Positions 52,825-64,000 of a stretch of DNA of 64,000 nucleotides are shown in pieces (positions within the stretch are counted from its first letter, which is position 1; each line of letters starts with the position of its first letter). The position numbers and the translations under genes are program-made. Origin of the DNA: Methylotenera sp. Its GTDB lineage: Bacteria; Pseudomonadota; Gammaproteobacteria; Burkholderiales; Methylophilaceae. Location: NCBI GenBank assembly GCA_030682715.1, contig JAUXNQ010000066.1, forward strand, positions 14,587 to 78,586, given 5' to 3'. The notes below the pieces were generated by a model that saw only the letters and a list, made by a program, of their open reading frames with translations, was not told the origin of the DNA and ran no database searches.

Positions 52825-54324
52825 TTATAAGCCTACTGGCAGCTTGCTATTTGCTAGATGTGAAAGAAGTTGAGTAACCGTTGCATTGGTCATATCAGTA
52901 AGCGGTTGCGGGTAAACACCCAACGCTAATACTAATATTGCCAATATCGACAATATTAAAAACTCACGTTTATTTAAGTCTTTTAGTGCAGCAACATTAG
53001 CATTAGCTACCTCACCGTAAAATACGCGTTTTACCATCCATAAGGTATAAGCAGCGCCAAATATTAATGTGAATGATGCTAAGAACGCATACCAGAAGTT
53101 AACTTGAATAGCGCCTAGAATCACCATGAACTCACCCACAAAACCAGAAGTGCCAGGTAAACCACTGTTTGCCATTGCAAACAATACTGCGAAAGCTGCA
53201 AAAACAGGCATAGTGTTTGCCACGCCACCATAAGCTTCTATTTGACGGCTGTGTACACGGTCATATAACACACCTACACACAAGAACATAGCTGCCGAAA
53301 TAAATCCGTGTGAAATCATCTGTACAACAGCGCCTTCAAGGCCTAGGTTATTAAAGATAAAGAAGCCTAATGTCACAAAACCCATGTGGGAAATTGAAGA
53401 GTAAGCAATTAGCTTTTTCATGTCTTTTTGCACCAATGCGACTAATGCAATATATACAATGGCAATCAGTGATAGTGCAATCATGAAACCTGATAGATGA
53501 TGCGCAGCATCAGGTGCGATAGGCATCGCAAAACGCAAGAAGCTATAACCACCTAACTTCAGTGCAATCGCCGCTAACACCACAGAACCGCCTGTTGGCG
53601 CTTCAACGTGCGCATCTGGCAACCATGTATGCACAGGCCACATTGGGATTTTTACTGCAAATGCTGCAAAGAATGCCAAGAAAATAAGCACTTGTACATT
53701 TAAAGGCATTGGCAATTGGTAGTAATCAGTAATCGCAAAGCTACCTGTTTGATGGAACATGTAGATAAACGCTACTAGCATCAGTAGTGAACCAAGTAGC
53801 GTGTATAGAAAGAATTTCACAGTCGCATATACGCGGTTAGGACCACCCCAAATGCCAATCACCAAGAACATTGGGATGAGCATCGCCTCCCAAAACACAT
53901 AATAGAGAATTGCATCTAATGCACTGAATACGCCAATCATCAGGCCGCTCATAATTAAGAACGAGGCCATGTATTGTGCAACGCGCTTTTCAATCACTTC
54001 CCATGCTGAAATCACAACAATGACAGTGGTGAAGCTAGTCAGTAGGATTAATGGAATCGCAATACCATCAGCACCTAAATGATAATGAATATTAAAAGAC
54101 ATAATCCAAAGGAAGCGCTCTTGGAACTGAAACCCGCCGTCAGCAAAGTTAAAGTGCGTATAGAGTGGAATCGTCACTAAAAAGCTAAGCACACTTCCAA
54201 ATAAAGCTAACCAACGGGTTAAGTTGGGCTTACTGTCATTCGCCGTGAACAATACCAAACCGCCAGCCAATACTGGCAGCCAGATGGAAAAGCTAAGAAT
54301 ATGTTGCAAAAAGTAATCAAGCAT
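52825..54324 (-). CDS. nuoM: NADH-quinone oxidoreductase subunit M
   Basis: YVFWEAMLIP, HTWLPDAHVEAPT, KKLIAYSSISHMG. Confidence 0.96.
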   Translation of the reverse strand: MLDYFLQHILSFSIWLPVLAGGLVLFTANDSKPNLTRWLALFGSVLSFLVTIPLYTHFNFADGGFQFQERFLWIMSFNIHYHLGADGIAIPLILLTSFTTVIVVISAWEVIEKRVAQYMASFLIMSGLMIGVFSALDAILYYVFWEAMLIPMFLVIGIWGGPNRVYATVKFFLYTLLGSLLMLVAFIYMFHQTGSFAITDYYQLPMPLNVQVLIFLAFFAAFAVKIPMWPVHTWLPDAHVEAPTGGSVVLAAIALKLGGYSFLRFAMPIAPDAAHHLSGFMIALSLIAIVYIALVALVQKDMKKLIAYSSISHMGFVTLGFFIFNNLGLEGAVVQMISHGFISAAMFLCVGVLYDRVHSRQIEAYGGVANTMPVFAAFAVLFAMANSGLPGTSGFVGEFMVILGAIQVNFWYAFLASFTLIFGAAYTLWMVKRVFYGEVANANVAALKDLNKREFLILSILAILVLALGVYPQPLTDMTNATVTQLLSHLANSKLPVGL

Positions 54325-54345
54325 TTTTTATACTTTAGAAAAGAA

Positions 54346-56385
54346 TTAAATCTTTAAAAGACCAAGAGATAGCATTAAAAACACGCCAATAATCATCGCA
54401 AACGCATAGTGGTAAATCAAACCAGTTTGTAGTCTGCGAACAACACCAGACAACTTACCAATTAGATTAGCTGTGCCATTTACCATAGCACCGTCAATAA
54501 TTTTAACGTCGCCTATTTGCCATAGTTTATTACCTAAAAAGCGTGAACCAGCAGCAAAGAATCGATCATTAAAGCTATCAAAACCATATTTGTTTTCTAA
54601 CACCTTATTGATTAAGCTAAATCTAGCTTGAATTGCAGCAGGAATATCCGGACGCTTCATGTAGAAGAACCATGCTAAAGCAACACCTGATGCAGCTAAT
54701 GCAAATGGTAATGTCATTAAACCGTGTATTGCCATGCCTAATGATGAATGGAATATCGTATGCCAATGATGTGTGAGCTCGTGCATCGCAGGGTGAGCAT
54801 GAGCATCCACAAAGATAATACCTTTAAAGAAATCACCAAATAGCATTGGTTCGATTGCAAAATAGCCAATCGCCAATGATGGAATTGCTAAAAGAATCAA
54901 TGGCAACTTCACAACCCATCCTGGCTCGTGCGGATCATCCGTTGGGCTCAAACCATGATGATGATCTTCATCGTGGTGGTCTTCGTCATGATGCGCATCA
55001 TGTTTCACTTCACGCCATTTCTCTTTGCCGTGGAACACTAAGAAATACATACGGAAGCTATAAAACGCAGTGACAAACACACCTGTTAAAACAGCAAAGT
55101 ATGCAAAACCACTACCTGTTACAGTAGAGAATTTAGCCGCTTCAATAATACTGTCTTTAGAATAGAAACCAGATAGCAGCGGCGTACCAATCAACGCAAG
55201 TGAGCCAATTAATGAAGTAATCCATGTCACTGGCATGTACTTTTTAAGGTTGCCCATGTTGCGAATATCTTGATCATGATGCATTCCCATAATCACTGCA
55301 CCAGCACCCAAAAATAACAGCGCTTTAAAGAACGCATGTGTCATTAAATGGAATATCGCAACGGAGTAGGCAGAAGCACCTAATGCCACTGTCATATACC
55401 CTAATTGCGACAATGTAGAATAAGCCACTACACGCTTAATGTCATTCTGGATAATCCCCAAGAAGCCCATAAACAGCGCTGTGATACTACCAATAATAAT
55501 CACAAACGATAATGCTGTTGATGATAGCTCAAACAATGGTGACATACGTGCCACCATGAATATACCAGCTGTCACCATGGTTGCCGCATGAATTAAAGCA
55601 GAGATAGGCGTTGGGCCTTCCATTGAGTCTGGCAACCATACATGCAATGGCACTTGTGCAGATTTACCCATCGCACCAATAAATAACAAAATACATGTCA
55701 CAGTCATTAGTGACCAAGAAGCATTGCCAATTAGGTTAATTTTGGTATCTGCCATTCCAGGTGCAACTGAAAACACTGCTGCGTAATCAAGGCTACCAAA
55801 ATGATACAAGACCAAACCAATACCTAATAGGAAACCAAAGTCACCCACACGGTTCACCAAGAATGCTTTTAAATTTGCATAAATAGCGGTTGGGCGTGTG
55901 TACCAGAAACCAATCAGCAGATAAGAAACTAAACCTACTGCTTCCCAGCCAAAAAATAGCTGCATGAAGTTATTGCTCATCACTAACATCAACATGGCGA
56001 AAGTGAACAGCGAAATATAACTAAAGAAACGTGCGTAGCCTTTATCTTCATGCATATAGCCGATGGTATAAATATGCACCATCAATGAAACAAAGGTAAC
56101 CACGACCATCATCATGGCACTAAGTCGGTCGATTAAAAAGCCAATTTCAAATGAGAAATTTCCACTTTTTAACCAAGAGTACACAGTCTCATTATAAGGT
56201 TGGCTAACCATGGCATCTTTTAGCACATACACTGACAAGGCAAAAGAAATTGCCACACCAGCGATGGTCACCACATGCGCTGCAGCTCTAGGCAGATGCT
56301 TACCAAACAGACCGATAACAATAGCGGCCAATAAAGGAAGCAAAGGGATTGCAAGATAAATTTGTTGCATAGTCATGCTAAACAC
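54346..56385 (-). CDS. nuoL: NADH-quinone oxidoreductase subunit L
   Basis: KSAQVPLHVWLPDSMEGPTPISALIHAATMV; true start may be ATG 56376. Confidence 0.96.
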   Translation of the reverse strand: MFSMTMQQIYLAIPLLPLLAAIVIGLFGKHLPRAAAHVVTIAGVAISFALSVYVLKDAMVSQPYNETVYSWLKSGNFSFEIGFLIDRLSAMMMVVVTFVSLMVHIYTIGYMHEDKGYARFFSYISLFTFAMLMLVMSNNFMQLFFGWEAVGLVSYLLIGFWYTRPTAIYANLKAFLVNRVGDFGFLLGIGLVLYHFGSLDYAAVFSVAPGMADTKINLIGNASWSLMTVTCILLFIGAMGKSAQVPLHVWLPDSMEGPTPISALIHAATMVTAGIFMVARMSPLFELSSTALSFVIIIGSITALFMGFLGIIQNDIKRVVAYSTLSQLGYMTVALGASAYSVAIFHLMTHAFFKALLFLGAGAVIMGMHHDQDIRNMGNLKKYMPVTWITSLIGSLALIGTPLLSGFYSKDSIIEAAKFSTVTGSGFAYFAVLTGVFVTAFYSFRMYFLVFHGKEKWREVKHDAHHDEDHHDEDHHHGLSPTDDPHEPGWVVKLPLILLAIPSLAIGYFAIEPMLFGDFFKGIIFVDAHAHPAMHELTHHWHTIFHSSLGMAIHGLMTLPFALAASGVALAWFFYMKRPDIPAAIQARFSLINKVLENKYGFDSFNDRFFAAGSRFLGNKLWQIGDVKIIDGAMVNGTANLIGKLSGVVRRLQTGLIYHYAFAMIIGVFLMLSLGLLKI

Positions 56386-56691
56386 TTAGCCTTTCAAACT
56401 GTCTAAATCGTCAACATTGATGGTGCGTAAATTTCTAAACAACACGACCAATATCGCTAAGCCGATAGCTGACTCTGCAGCTGCCACCGTTAAAATAAAA
56501 AACACGAAAACCTGCCCTGCAATATCGTTAAGATAATGAGAGAAGGCAATAAAGTTAAGGTTAACTGCCAATAACATCAACTCAATTGCCATCAATAAAA
56601 TAATGACGTTTTTTCTGTTTAGGAAAATACCAATGACACTGATGGCAAACAGTAATGCACCTAAAATTAGATAATGAGATAAACCGACCAT
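56386..56691 (-). CDS. nuoK: NADH-quinone oxidoreductase subunit K
   Basis: [26 protein letters not shown]. Confidence 0.96.
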   Translation of the reverse strand: MVGLSHYLILGALLFAISVIGIFLNRKNVIILLMAIELMLLAVNLNFIAFSHYLNDIAGQVFVFFILTVAAAESAIGLAILVVLFRNLRTINVDDLDSLKG

Positions 56692-57359
56692 TATTTAGCC
56701 CCTTTATCATCAGCTTGCGCTGATGCATCGACCACTTCAATTTTTTCCACGACAGCATCCATTTTTACAATTCTTAGACGGTCTGCTTTTTTAACCAGCA
56801 CTTGTTTAGCAGGATCCATCGATTTACTGTCTTTACGGTCACGCAATGTTAGCGCAATTGCCGCTACGATAGCGACTAGCAACACCACAGAGGCTAGCTC
56901 AAATGGTAACAAGTAATCCGTATATAGCACGCGGCCCAATTCAGCAGTATTACTGTAATCAGCTGGCCGTGCAGGAGGTGCCGCAACAACGTCGGTACCA
57001 AAGTTACGTGTGCCTACAATCATGACCATTTCTACTGCCATTAAACCACCCACTGGCAAAGCCACTGGTAGTGCTTTCCAAAAGCCTTCACGTAACTTAT
57101 CCAAGTTGATATCAAGCATCATCACCACAAACAAGAACAGCACCATTACCGCGCCTACGTAAACTAAGACCAAAGTAATTGCTAAAAACTCTGCCTCAAG
57201 TAACAACCATATCCCTGCTGCTGTAAAAAATGCCAGCACAAGATAAAGTGCCGCATATACAGGGTTGCGCGTGGTGATGACACGTAATCCTGCAATCAGC
57301 AAAATAATTGCGAGTGTATAAAAAACGATGTCTTGAAAATGCAAGCCAAAAAATGTCAT
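56691..57359 (-). CDS. nuoJ: NADH-quinone oxidoreductase subunit J
   Basis: [32 protein letters not shown]. Confidence 0.95.
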   Translation of the reverse strand: MTFFGLHFQDIVFYTLAIILLIAGLRVITTRNPVYAALYLVLAFFTAAGIWLLLEAEFLAITLVLVYVGAVMVLFLFVVMMLDINLDKLREGFWKALPVALPVGGLMAVEMVMIVGTRNFGTDVVAAPPARPADYSNTAELGRVLYTDYLLPFELASVVLLVAIVAAIALTLRDRKDSKSMDPAKQVLVKKADRLRIVKMDAVVEKIEVVDASAQADDKGAK

Positions 57360-57416
57360 ATTGTTAAATGGTTATCTATTAAAAGTGCTTAAACGATGTA
57401 TGAAGGGCTTCACTAT

Positions 57417-57454
57417 AAATCTATTACTATATTTGAAGTCTAATACTATATTTG
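57417..57454. repeat. Imperfect 19-bp tandem repeat in the nuoI-nuoJ spacer
   Basis: aaatctattactatatttg / aagtctaatactatatttg. Confidence 0.7.
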
Positions 57455-57458
57455 CTAT

Positions 57459-57950
57459 CTATCTAAAAGCTTTATCTTGCGCTCTGTCTGCTGCAATTTG
57501 TTTTTCATGTTTATCGCCTACTGCTAACAGCATTTCTTTTGTGTACAACAAATCTCCGCGCTGCTCGCCGTGATAATCAAATACACGAGTTTCTACAATT
57601 GAATCGACAGGGCAAGATTCTTCGCACATGCCACAGAATATACATTTAGTCAGGTCAATGTCGTAACGCGTGGTACGGCGTGTATTATCTTCACGCTGCT
57701 CAGACTCAATCGTAATCGCCATCGCAGGGCATACAGCCTCACAGAGTTTACATGCAATACAACGCTCTTCACCATTTGGATAACGGCGTAGCGCATGTAA
57801 ACCGCGAAATCGGTTAGATTGAGGCGTGCTTTCTTCTGGGTATTGAACCGTGATTTTAGGTGCAAAAAAGTAACGGCCAGTCAATGCCATCCCTTTAAGC
57901 AACTCCCATAACATTAAGCTACCTAATGTTTGTTTAATCGATTTAATCAT
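57459..57950 (-). CDS. nuoI: NADH-quinone oxidoreductase subunit I
   Basis: Two CxxCxxCxxxCP ferredoxin motifs. Confidence 0.97.
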   Translation of the reverse strand: MIKSIKQTLGSLMLWELLKGMALTGRYFFAPKITVQYPEESTPQSNRFRGLHALRRYPNGEERCIACKLCEAVCPAMAITIESEQREDNTRRTTRYDIDLTKCIFCGMCEESCPVDSIVETRVFDYHGEQRGDLLYTKEMLLAVGDKHEKQIAADRAQDKAFR

Positions 57951-57982
57951 AATTTAATTTATTCAAAGCCTAATCACTAAGT

Positions 57983-59011
57983 CTAGTGAAACAAATGAGC
58001 CCAAGGAGTTTGCATCATGCCGCCGACAAACACAATCCACACAATAGTAATTGGAATAAACACTTTCCAGCCTAAACGCATGATCTGGTCATAACGATAG
58101 CGCGGGAAGGTTGCCCTAAACCATAAAAATAAGAATAAAAGGAAGCCGACTTTAGCTAGTAACCATAGGAAGCTATCTGGAATGAACGGCACAGGAGATA
58201 ACCAACCGCCTAAGAACATGAGTGCAGCCAACATCGAAACTAAAATCATATTAGCGTATTCAGCTAAGAAGAATACCGCAAATGCCATGCCTGAATACTC
58301 AACGTGGAAACCTGCAACAATTTCAGACTCCCCCTCTGCCACGTCAAATGGTGCACGATTTGTTTCAGCAACTGCACTAATAAAGTAAACAATAAACAAA
58401 GGGAATAATGGAATAAAGTACCAATGCCAGAAGCCACCTTCTTGTCCTAGCACAATCTTGCCTAGATTCAGGCTGTTTGCACACATCAACACACCAACGA
58501 GTGCGAAGCCCATGGCGATTTCATATGAAACAATTTGTGCAGCTGAACGCAAACTACCTAAAAATGCATATTTAGAGTTAGAAGCCCAACCCGCGATAAT
58601 CACACCATACACAGCCACTGAAGTCATGGCAAGAATATAAAGTAAGCCAGCATCCACGTCAGCAAGCACCATATTCAAATCAAATGGTACAACAGCCCAA
58701 GCTGCAAACGCTGGCGCAATTGCCAAAACAGGTCCTAGTAAAAATAAAGTTTTATTAGAAGCCGTAGGTAAAATCACCTCTTTGAATAATAGTTTAATAC
58801 CATCGGCTAACGGCTGTAACAAACCAAAATAACCAACTCGGTTAGGCCCGATACGTACTTGCATGTAACCGATTACTTTTCGCTCAGCTAAAGTAAGGTA
58901 GGCCACAGCACCCATCAACGGCACCACTATTGCAACAATTTTAATCATAGTCCAGCCAGTGATTTCAACTGCTGGCCAGTAACTACCAAATAGATTTGAT
59001 AACCATTCCAT
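57983..59011 (-). CDS. nuoH: NADH-quinone oxidoreductase subunit H
   Basis: [40 protein letters not shown]. Confidence 0.97.
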   Translation of the reverse strand: MEWLSNLFGSYWPAVEITGWTMIKIVAIVVPLMGAVAYLTLAERKVIGYMQVRIGPNRVGYFGLLQPLADGIKLLFKEVILPTASNKTLFLLGPVLAIAPAFAAWAVVPFDLNMVLADVDAGLLYILAMTSVAVYGVIIAGWASNSKYAFLGSLRSAAQIVSYEIAMGFALVGVLMCANSLNLGKIVLGQEGGFWHWYFIPLFPLFIVYFISAVAETNRAPFDVAEGESEIVAGFHVEYSGMAFAVFFLAEYANMILVSMLAALMFLGGWLSPVPFIPDSFLWLLAKVGFLLFLFLWFRATFPRYRYDQIMRLGWKVFIPITIVWIVFVGGMMQTPWAHLFH

Positions 59012-61446
59012 TAGGCACGCGCTTCCGTAATGTTTTTATTAATATCTTGTAACTGCTGTGGAGATAGCTTTTCAACCGTGATATCTCCCATTAAATCACC
59101 CAAGCCAGTTGTTGCTTCGTGAGCTGCTGTCACACGCACACAGCCCATTGCCACATGCTCATCCAAGCGCACCGTTAATACGGCACTGCCTTTATCCTGT
59201 TTCACTAGCACTTGGTCACCTTCAACCAAGTCTAACGCTGCTAATTGACGACCACACATACGTGCCATAGGCTTGGTGTTGTATTTGGTTTTTTGTAATG
59301 GCGGCGAGCGTCTAACAATCGGGTCAGATTCGTATTGCGGCACTTCACCGATACGTTGCAAGCCATCATGTTTAATATTCACCTGAATCTCAACAAGTTC
59401 TCTCAAGTTGTTATTCAAACTGCGCCAAACCACAGCAGATGGTTTTTCACCTGAAAAAATCGCATCTTTAACTTGCTCACTCGATTCAAAATCAAAGCCA
59501 TGCAAACCGAGTGTATTAGCTAGTACGCGCAGTACTTTCCACGCTGGACGAGACTCCCCTAAAGGTCTTACCGCTGCCGCAAAGCTCTGTACTCGGCCTT
59601 CCATACTCATGAAAGTACCTGATGTTTCGGTGAAAGGCGTGATAGGCAATAAGATATCAGCATGGTCTAATGCTTGTGACTTATAAGCAGTCAGCGCAAC
59701 CACACATTCAGCTTTTTCCATCGCAGCTTTTGCTAAAGCAGCATGTTGGCAATCAAGCTCTGGCTCAATATTCAATAATAAGTAAGCTTTGCGTGGCACT
59801 TCAAGCATTGCACGTGCGTGCATACCTGTACTTGATGGCATCACACCCATCATATGCATACCCGTACTGTTTGCAGCTGCTGGCAAAATACCGCCCTTCG
59901 CACCTGTAATACCACCAATCGCCTCAGCCAAGCTGTACATTTCAGTAAAACGTGGATCGCTTAATGCCATATTACCTAAAAATATACCGACTTTAGGCGC
60001 GATTAAATCATAGTCTTTACCATGCCCTGCCAAGCTCTCTGCAATTGCTTGGGTATTTGGTCGCACTTTAATGTCGTCCAAGAGCGCAGTTAACGTTGGA
60101 GGCAAGCATAATGATAGACGTTGTAAACCTGACATTGCTTTAAGTATTTGACCTAAAACATTCACCATATCATTTGGACGCACAATCACTTTATGCGCGA
60201 TAGGCATCAGTGGATCATTATCTAAAGGACTCACTACAGACAACTCAGCACCATTAGCCACGGCTCTGCGGAAACGCTGTGCTAACAACGGGTGCTCATT
60301 ACGAAGATTAGACCCAATCACAATAATGCGATCTAGCTCTTCAATCTCATGAATATTGCAGCCCATCCATGGCGTGCCTAAACGTTTACCGTCCAATCTA
60401 AAGTCAGTTTGGCGCAAACGATAATCAACATTGCCACAAGCTAAACCATTCGCCAGCTTTTTAGCCAGATATCCTTCTTCCATCGTGCTATTAGGGGAAA
60501 CTAAAACACCTAAAGCCTCACTACCATATTCGTTTGTAATGTCTTTTAATTGACCAGCGGCAAACTCAAGCGCGGTCTTCCAGTCTGTTTCTACCCAAGC
60601 ACCGTTATGTTTAATCATTGGTACTTTTAGACGATCTGCGCTATTAAGACCTTCATATGAGAAACGATCACGGTCTGACAACCAGCACTCGTTGATGCTT
60701 TCTTTCTCACGCGGCAACACACGCATGACTTTATTATCTTTTACGTGTACTTCAATATGCGAGCCTAAGCTATCGTGCGCAGCAATACTTGGCCTGCGTG
60801 TTAATTCCCAGCTACGTGCAGAATATCTAAACGGCTTACTTGTTAATGCGCCAACTGGACACAAATCAATAATATTGCCAGATAACTCTGAGTTAACGCT
60901 CTTATCTACATAAGCTGTAATTTCAGCATGCTCACCGCGGCCAATCATGCCCAACTCTTGCATGCCGCCCACTTCTTTCAAGAAGCGTACGCAACGTGTG
61001 CACTGAATACAGCGCGTCATATCGGTGCTCACTAATGGACCGATATTTTTATTAAAAACAACACGTTTTTCTTCAGTATAACGAGAGCCGCTTACTCCGT
61101 AAGCAACAGCAACATCCTGCAAATCACACTCGCCACCTTGATCGCAAATTGGGCAATCTAATGGGTGATTAATCAGTAAAAACTCCACCACACTTTGCTG
61201 CGCTTCAATCGCAGATTTTGATCGAGTAAAAATCTTCATACCATCGGCAACTGGTGTTGCACACGCTGGCAATGGTTTGTTAAATTTCTCCACCTGCACC
61301 AAACACATACGGCAGTTTGCTGCCACAGATAGTTTAGGGTGGTAGCAAAAACGTGGAATCGCAATACCGACTTTATCAGCCGCATCAATAATGGTGCTGC
61401 CGTGTTCGACTTCTATCGATTTACCATCTATTTCAATATTCAACAT
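59011..61446 (-). CDS. nuoG: NADH-quinone oxidoreductase subunit G
   Basis: [47 protein letters not shown]. Confidence 0.97.
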   Translation of the reverse strand: MLNIEIDGKSIEVEHGSTIIDAADKVGIAIPRFCYHPKLSVAANCRMCLVQVEKFNKPLPACATPVADGMKIFTRSKSAIEAQQSVVEFLLINHPLDCPICDQGGECDLQDVAVAYGVSGSRYTEEKRVVFNKNIGPLVSTDMTRCIQCTRCVRFLKEVGGMQELGMIGRGEHAEITAYVDKSVNSELSGNIIDLCPVGALTSKPFRYSARSWELTRRPSIAAHDSLGSHIEVHVKDNKVMRVLPREKESINECWLSDRDRFSYEGLNSADRLKVPMIKHNGAWVETDWKTALEFAAGQLKDITNEYGSEALGVLVSPNSTMEEGYLAKKLANGLACGNVDYRLRQTDFRLDGKRLGTPWMGCNIHEIEELDRIIVIGSNLRNEHPLLAQRFRRAVANGAELSVVSPLDNDPLMPIAHKVIVRPNDMVNVLGQILKAMSGLQRLSLCLPPTLTALLDDIKVRPNTQAIAESLAGHGKDYDLIAPKVGIFLGNMALSDPRFTEMYSLAEAIGGITGAKGGILPAAANSTGMHMMGVMPSSTGMHARAMLEVPRKAYLLLNIEPELDCQHAALAKAAMEKAECVVALTAYKSQALDHADILLPITPFTETSGTFMSMEGRVQSFAAAVRPLGESRPAWKVLRVLANTLGLHGFDFESSEQVKDAIFSGEKPSAVVWRSLNNNLRELVEIQVNIKHDGLQRIGEVPQYESDPIVRRSPPLQKTKYNTKPMARMCGRQLAALDLVEGDQVLVKQDKGSAVLTVRLDEHVAMGCVRVTAAHEATTGLGDLMGDITVEKLSPQQLQDINKNITEARA

Positions 61447-61471
61447 TATGTATTTTTACCGTCTTTACAGT

Positions 61472-62788
61472 TTATTTACCGTCAACCATGCTCTTGCCGT
61501 GCTGAATATAATATTCAAACTCTGGCCTGAAATGCTTAATGAAACTTAATACTGGTGTTGCCGCAGCTTCACCCAATGCACAAATTGTGCGACCTGCAAT
61601 ATTATTGCTAATATCAGTCAGCAGGTCCAAATCTTCCATCTTCCCCTGCCCTTTAACAATACGGTCAATCACACGATAAACCCAACCAGTACCTTCGCGG
61701 CAAGGCGTACATTGACCACAGCTTTCTTCATAGAAGAAATATGACAATCGGTGCAATGTCTTTACCATACAGGTTGTGTCATCCATCACAATCATGGACC
61801 CTGCACCAAGGCTAGATCTTGCTTTGCTCAACCCATCATAATCCATCGTTGCGCCAAGAATCGCTGATGCTGGCATTACCGCAGTAGATGGTCCGCCAGG
61901 AATTACCGCTTTCAATTGGCGGCCTTTCCAAACACCACCAGCCAAAGCCAATAACTCAGTGAATGGCATCCCCATTTTCACTTCATAGTTACCAGGTTTT
62001 TCAACATGACCTGACACCGAGAACAACTTTGTACCACCAGAATTTGCAACGCCTAGATCAGCAAAAGCCTGACCGCCATTTTGCATAATCCATGGAATAC
62101 TTGTGTAACTCTCTGTGTTATTTACATTGGTAGGTTTGCCAAACACACCATAACTAGCTGGGAAAGGTGGTTTAAAGCGTGGCTGACCTTTTTTACCTTC
62201 AATTGACTCGATTAATGCAGTTTCTTCACCACAAATATAAGCACCATAACCATGTACTGCATACAAGTCGAAGCTGAAATTCGTACCGAACAGATTCTCA
62301 CCTAGGTAACTGGCAGCTTTTGCTTCATGTAATGCTGCTTCAAAGATTTCGTAATCTTGCCAGATCTCACCATGAATATAGTTATAACCTACACGTGCAC
62401 CTAAGGTATAAGCAGCAATTGCCATACCTTCAATCAACTGGTGAGGGTTGTAACGAATGATATCCCTATCTTTAAAGGTTCCAGGCTCACCTTCGTCGGT
62501 ATTACACACGAGGTACTTCACACCATCAAAATAACGAGGCATGAAGCTCCACTTAAGCCCAGTTGGAAAACCAGCGCCCCCACGACCACGTAAGCCAGAA
62601 TTTTTGATCTCGGTAATAATGTCAGTAGGTTTAACTTTTTCAGTCACAATGCGCTTTAATGCCGCATAACCACCTAACTTCAAATAGGTCTCTAGTGACG
62701 CAGGATTTTCTTCTGTCAACGTACGTAACGTGACTAGCGTTTGTCCTGCCAAATCGGTCTTGACTACTGGTTTGCTAGAAGCGACCAT
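61472..62788 (-). CDS. nuoF: NADH-quinone oxidoreductase subunit F
   Basis: [40 protein letters not shown]. Confidence 0.97.
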   Translation of the reverse strand: MVASSKPVVKTDLAGQTLVTLRTLTEENPASLETYLKLGGYAALKRIVTEKVKPTDIITEIKNSGLRGRGGAGFPTGLKWSFMPRYFDGVKYLVCNTDEGEPGTFKDRDIIRYNPHQLIEGMAIAAYTLGARVGYNYIHGEIWQDYEIFEAALHEAKAASYLGENLFGTNFSFDLYAVHGYGAYICGEETALIESIEGKKGQPRFKPPFPASYGVFGKPTNVNNTESYTSIPWIMQNGGQAFADLGVANSGGTKLFSVSGHVEKPGNYEVKMGMPFTELLALAGGVWKGRQLKAVIPGGPSTAVMPASAILGATMDYDGLSKARSSLGAGSMIVMDDTTCMVKTLHRLSYFFYEESCGQCTPCREGTGWVYRVIDRIVKGQGKMEDLDLLTDISNNIAGRTICALGEAAATPVLSFIKHFRPEFEYYIQHGKSMVDGK

Positions 62789-63261
62789 TATTTTAGCCCC
62801 TCTATAATTGCATCAACTTTATCTGTGGTTAAGAACTCATGCATTTCTGTGTTATTCACATGCATCAAAGGCGCACCACCACAACAACCCATGCACTCAC
62901 CTTCTTTTAAACAAAACTTACCGTCTGGTGTCACTTCATTAAAACCAACACCTAATTTAGTTTGCAAATGATTAACGATTTCATCAGAGCCTCTTAACAT
63001 GCATGAAATATTGGTGCAAATAGTCACCTTATATTTCCCAACGGGAGACAAATCATACATATTGTAGAAAGTTGCAACTTCCATTGCCGCAATTTCTGGC
63101 ATGCCCAAATATTGTGCCACTTCTGTGATACTTTCTTTAGATAGCCAGCCACGTTCCGTTTGCACAATACGTAATGCACTCATCACCGCTGCTTGCCGTT
63201 GATCAGCTGGATACTTTGTTAACTCGTAATCTATTTTAGTAATTGCTTCTGGGCTTAACAT
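62788..63261 (-). CDS. nuoE: NADH-quinone oxidoreductase subunit E
   Basis: [20 protein letters not shown]. Confidence 0.96.
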   Translation of the reverse strand: MLSPEAITKIDYELTKYPADQRQAAVMSALRIVQTERGWLSKESITEVAQYLGMPEIAAMEVATFYNMYDLSPVGKYKVTICTNISCMLRGSDEIVNHLQTKLGVGFNEVTPDGKFCLKEGECMGCCGGAPLMHVNNTEMHEFLTTDKVDAIIEGLK

Positions 63262-63262
63262 G

Positions 63263-63366
63263 CTAATTAGTTCCTACTCCGAGCAGCGCAATGACGTACA
63301 TGGCAATGACGAAAATGCAAACAACAATGAATACAACAGTGAATAAATGTTAAATACTACGTTCAT
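63263..63366 (-). other. Small hydrophobic ORF (30 aa) or frameshifted 34-aa TM peptide between nuoD and nuoE
   Basis: ATG overlaps the nuoD TGA; frame A gives [30 protein letters not shown] (stop 63274); frame B gives LFTVVFIVVCIFVIAMYVIALLGVGTN ending 1 nt before the nuoE ATG. Confidence 0.4.
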
Positions 63367-64000
63367 CGGTCAATTTCCCCGAAAACGATGTCTTGAGTAC
63401 CAATGATTGCGACCAAGTCAGCAATCATATGCCCTCTAGTCATTTCATCTAAGGCTGCCAAATGTGGAAACCCTGGTGCGCGAATTTTTAAACGGTAAGG
63501 CTTATTGGCGCCATCTGACACCATATAGATACCAAACTCACCTTTAGGATGCTCAACGGCAGCATATGCCTCACCAGCTGGCACATGAAAACCTTCAGTG
63601 AAAAGTTTGAAATGATGAATCAGGTCTTCCATGTTGGTTTTCATACCTTCACGGTTTGGAGGCGCTACTTTATTATCAGAAGTAATCACTGGACCTGGAT
63701 TTTTTCGTAACCAATCCACACACTGCTTGATGATGCGATTAGATTGTCTAAACTCTTCCATGCGCACTAAGTAACGATCGTAACAATCGCCGTTAACGCC
63801 CACTGGAATATCAAAGTCTAAATCTGCATACACTTCATAAGGTTGCTTCTTACGTAAATCCCATTCAATACCTGAGCCACGCAACATTGGGCCAGTCATA
63901 CCTAGCGCCAAAGCACGCTCTGGACTCACCACACCAATACCAACGGTACGTTGCTTCCAGATACGATTATCCGTCAACAATGTTTCGTACTCATCGATAT
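63363..64000 (-). CDS. nuoD: NADH-quinone oxidoreductase subunit D (5' part outside the window)
   Basis: Frame open to the window edge; [29 protein letters not shown]. Confidence 0.96.
   Translation of the reverse strand, partial: IDEYETLLTDNRIWKQRTVGIGVVSPERALALGMTGPMLRGSGIEWDLRKKQPYEVYADLDFDIPVGVNGDCYDRYLVRMEEFRQSNRIIKQCVDWLRKNPGPVITSDNKVAPPNREGMKTNMEDLIHHFKLFTEGFHVPAGEAYAAVEHPKGEFGIYMVSDGANKPYRLKIRAPGFPHLAALDEMTRGHMIADLVAIIGTQDIVFGEIDR

Overview
Mostly core genome of a methylotrophic betaproteobacterium, probably Methylophilaceae (inferred from the mxaRSACKL cluster, separate nuoD, fabA-fabB and gene order; not confirmed by any search). From left to right: a Cu(I)/Ag(I) efflux operon (copZ, DUF2231, cusA, cusB, TolC-type, cusF, a Met-rich periplasmic protein and a CruR/CopL-like leader ORF); a doubly broken DUF1439-like lipoprotein pseudogene; fabBA; mxaRSACKL without adjacent mxaFI; ygfX/ygfZ; a nested palindromic repeat; ftsB-eno-kdsA-pyrG; an FNR-box-preceded 41-aa membrane ORF missed by the ORF track; mtnA plus a FucA-type aldolase; tatD-ribD-nrdR-glyA; iscX; pgm; EAL/HDOD and YcgR; the thrS-infC-rpmI-rplT-pheST-ihfA-merR-tRNA-Pro block; two TonB-dependent receptors next to tRNA-Val(GAC); and nuoD(partial)-nuoN. 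The strongest leads are regulatory: (1) a candidate ~63-nt sigma54/NtrC-type sRNA between glyA and iscX, with enhancer-like sites, a perfect -24/-12 promoter, an anti-SD-like seed and an intrinsic terminator; (2) a copper-sensing arrest-peptide-like uORF whose stop codon sits in mutually exclusive RNA pairings ahead of a regulator-less Cus operon. All calls were made by eye and no database searches were run.
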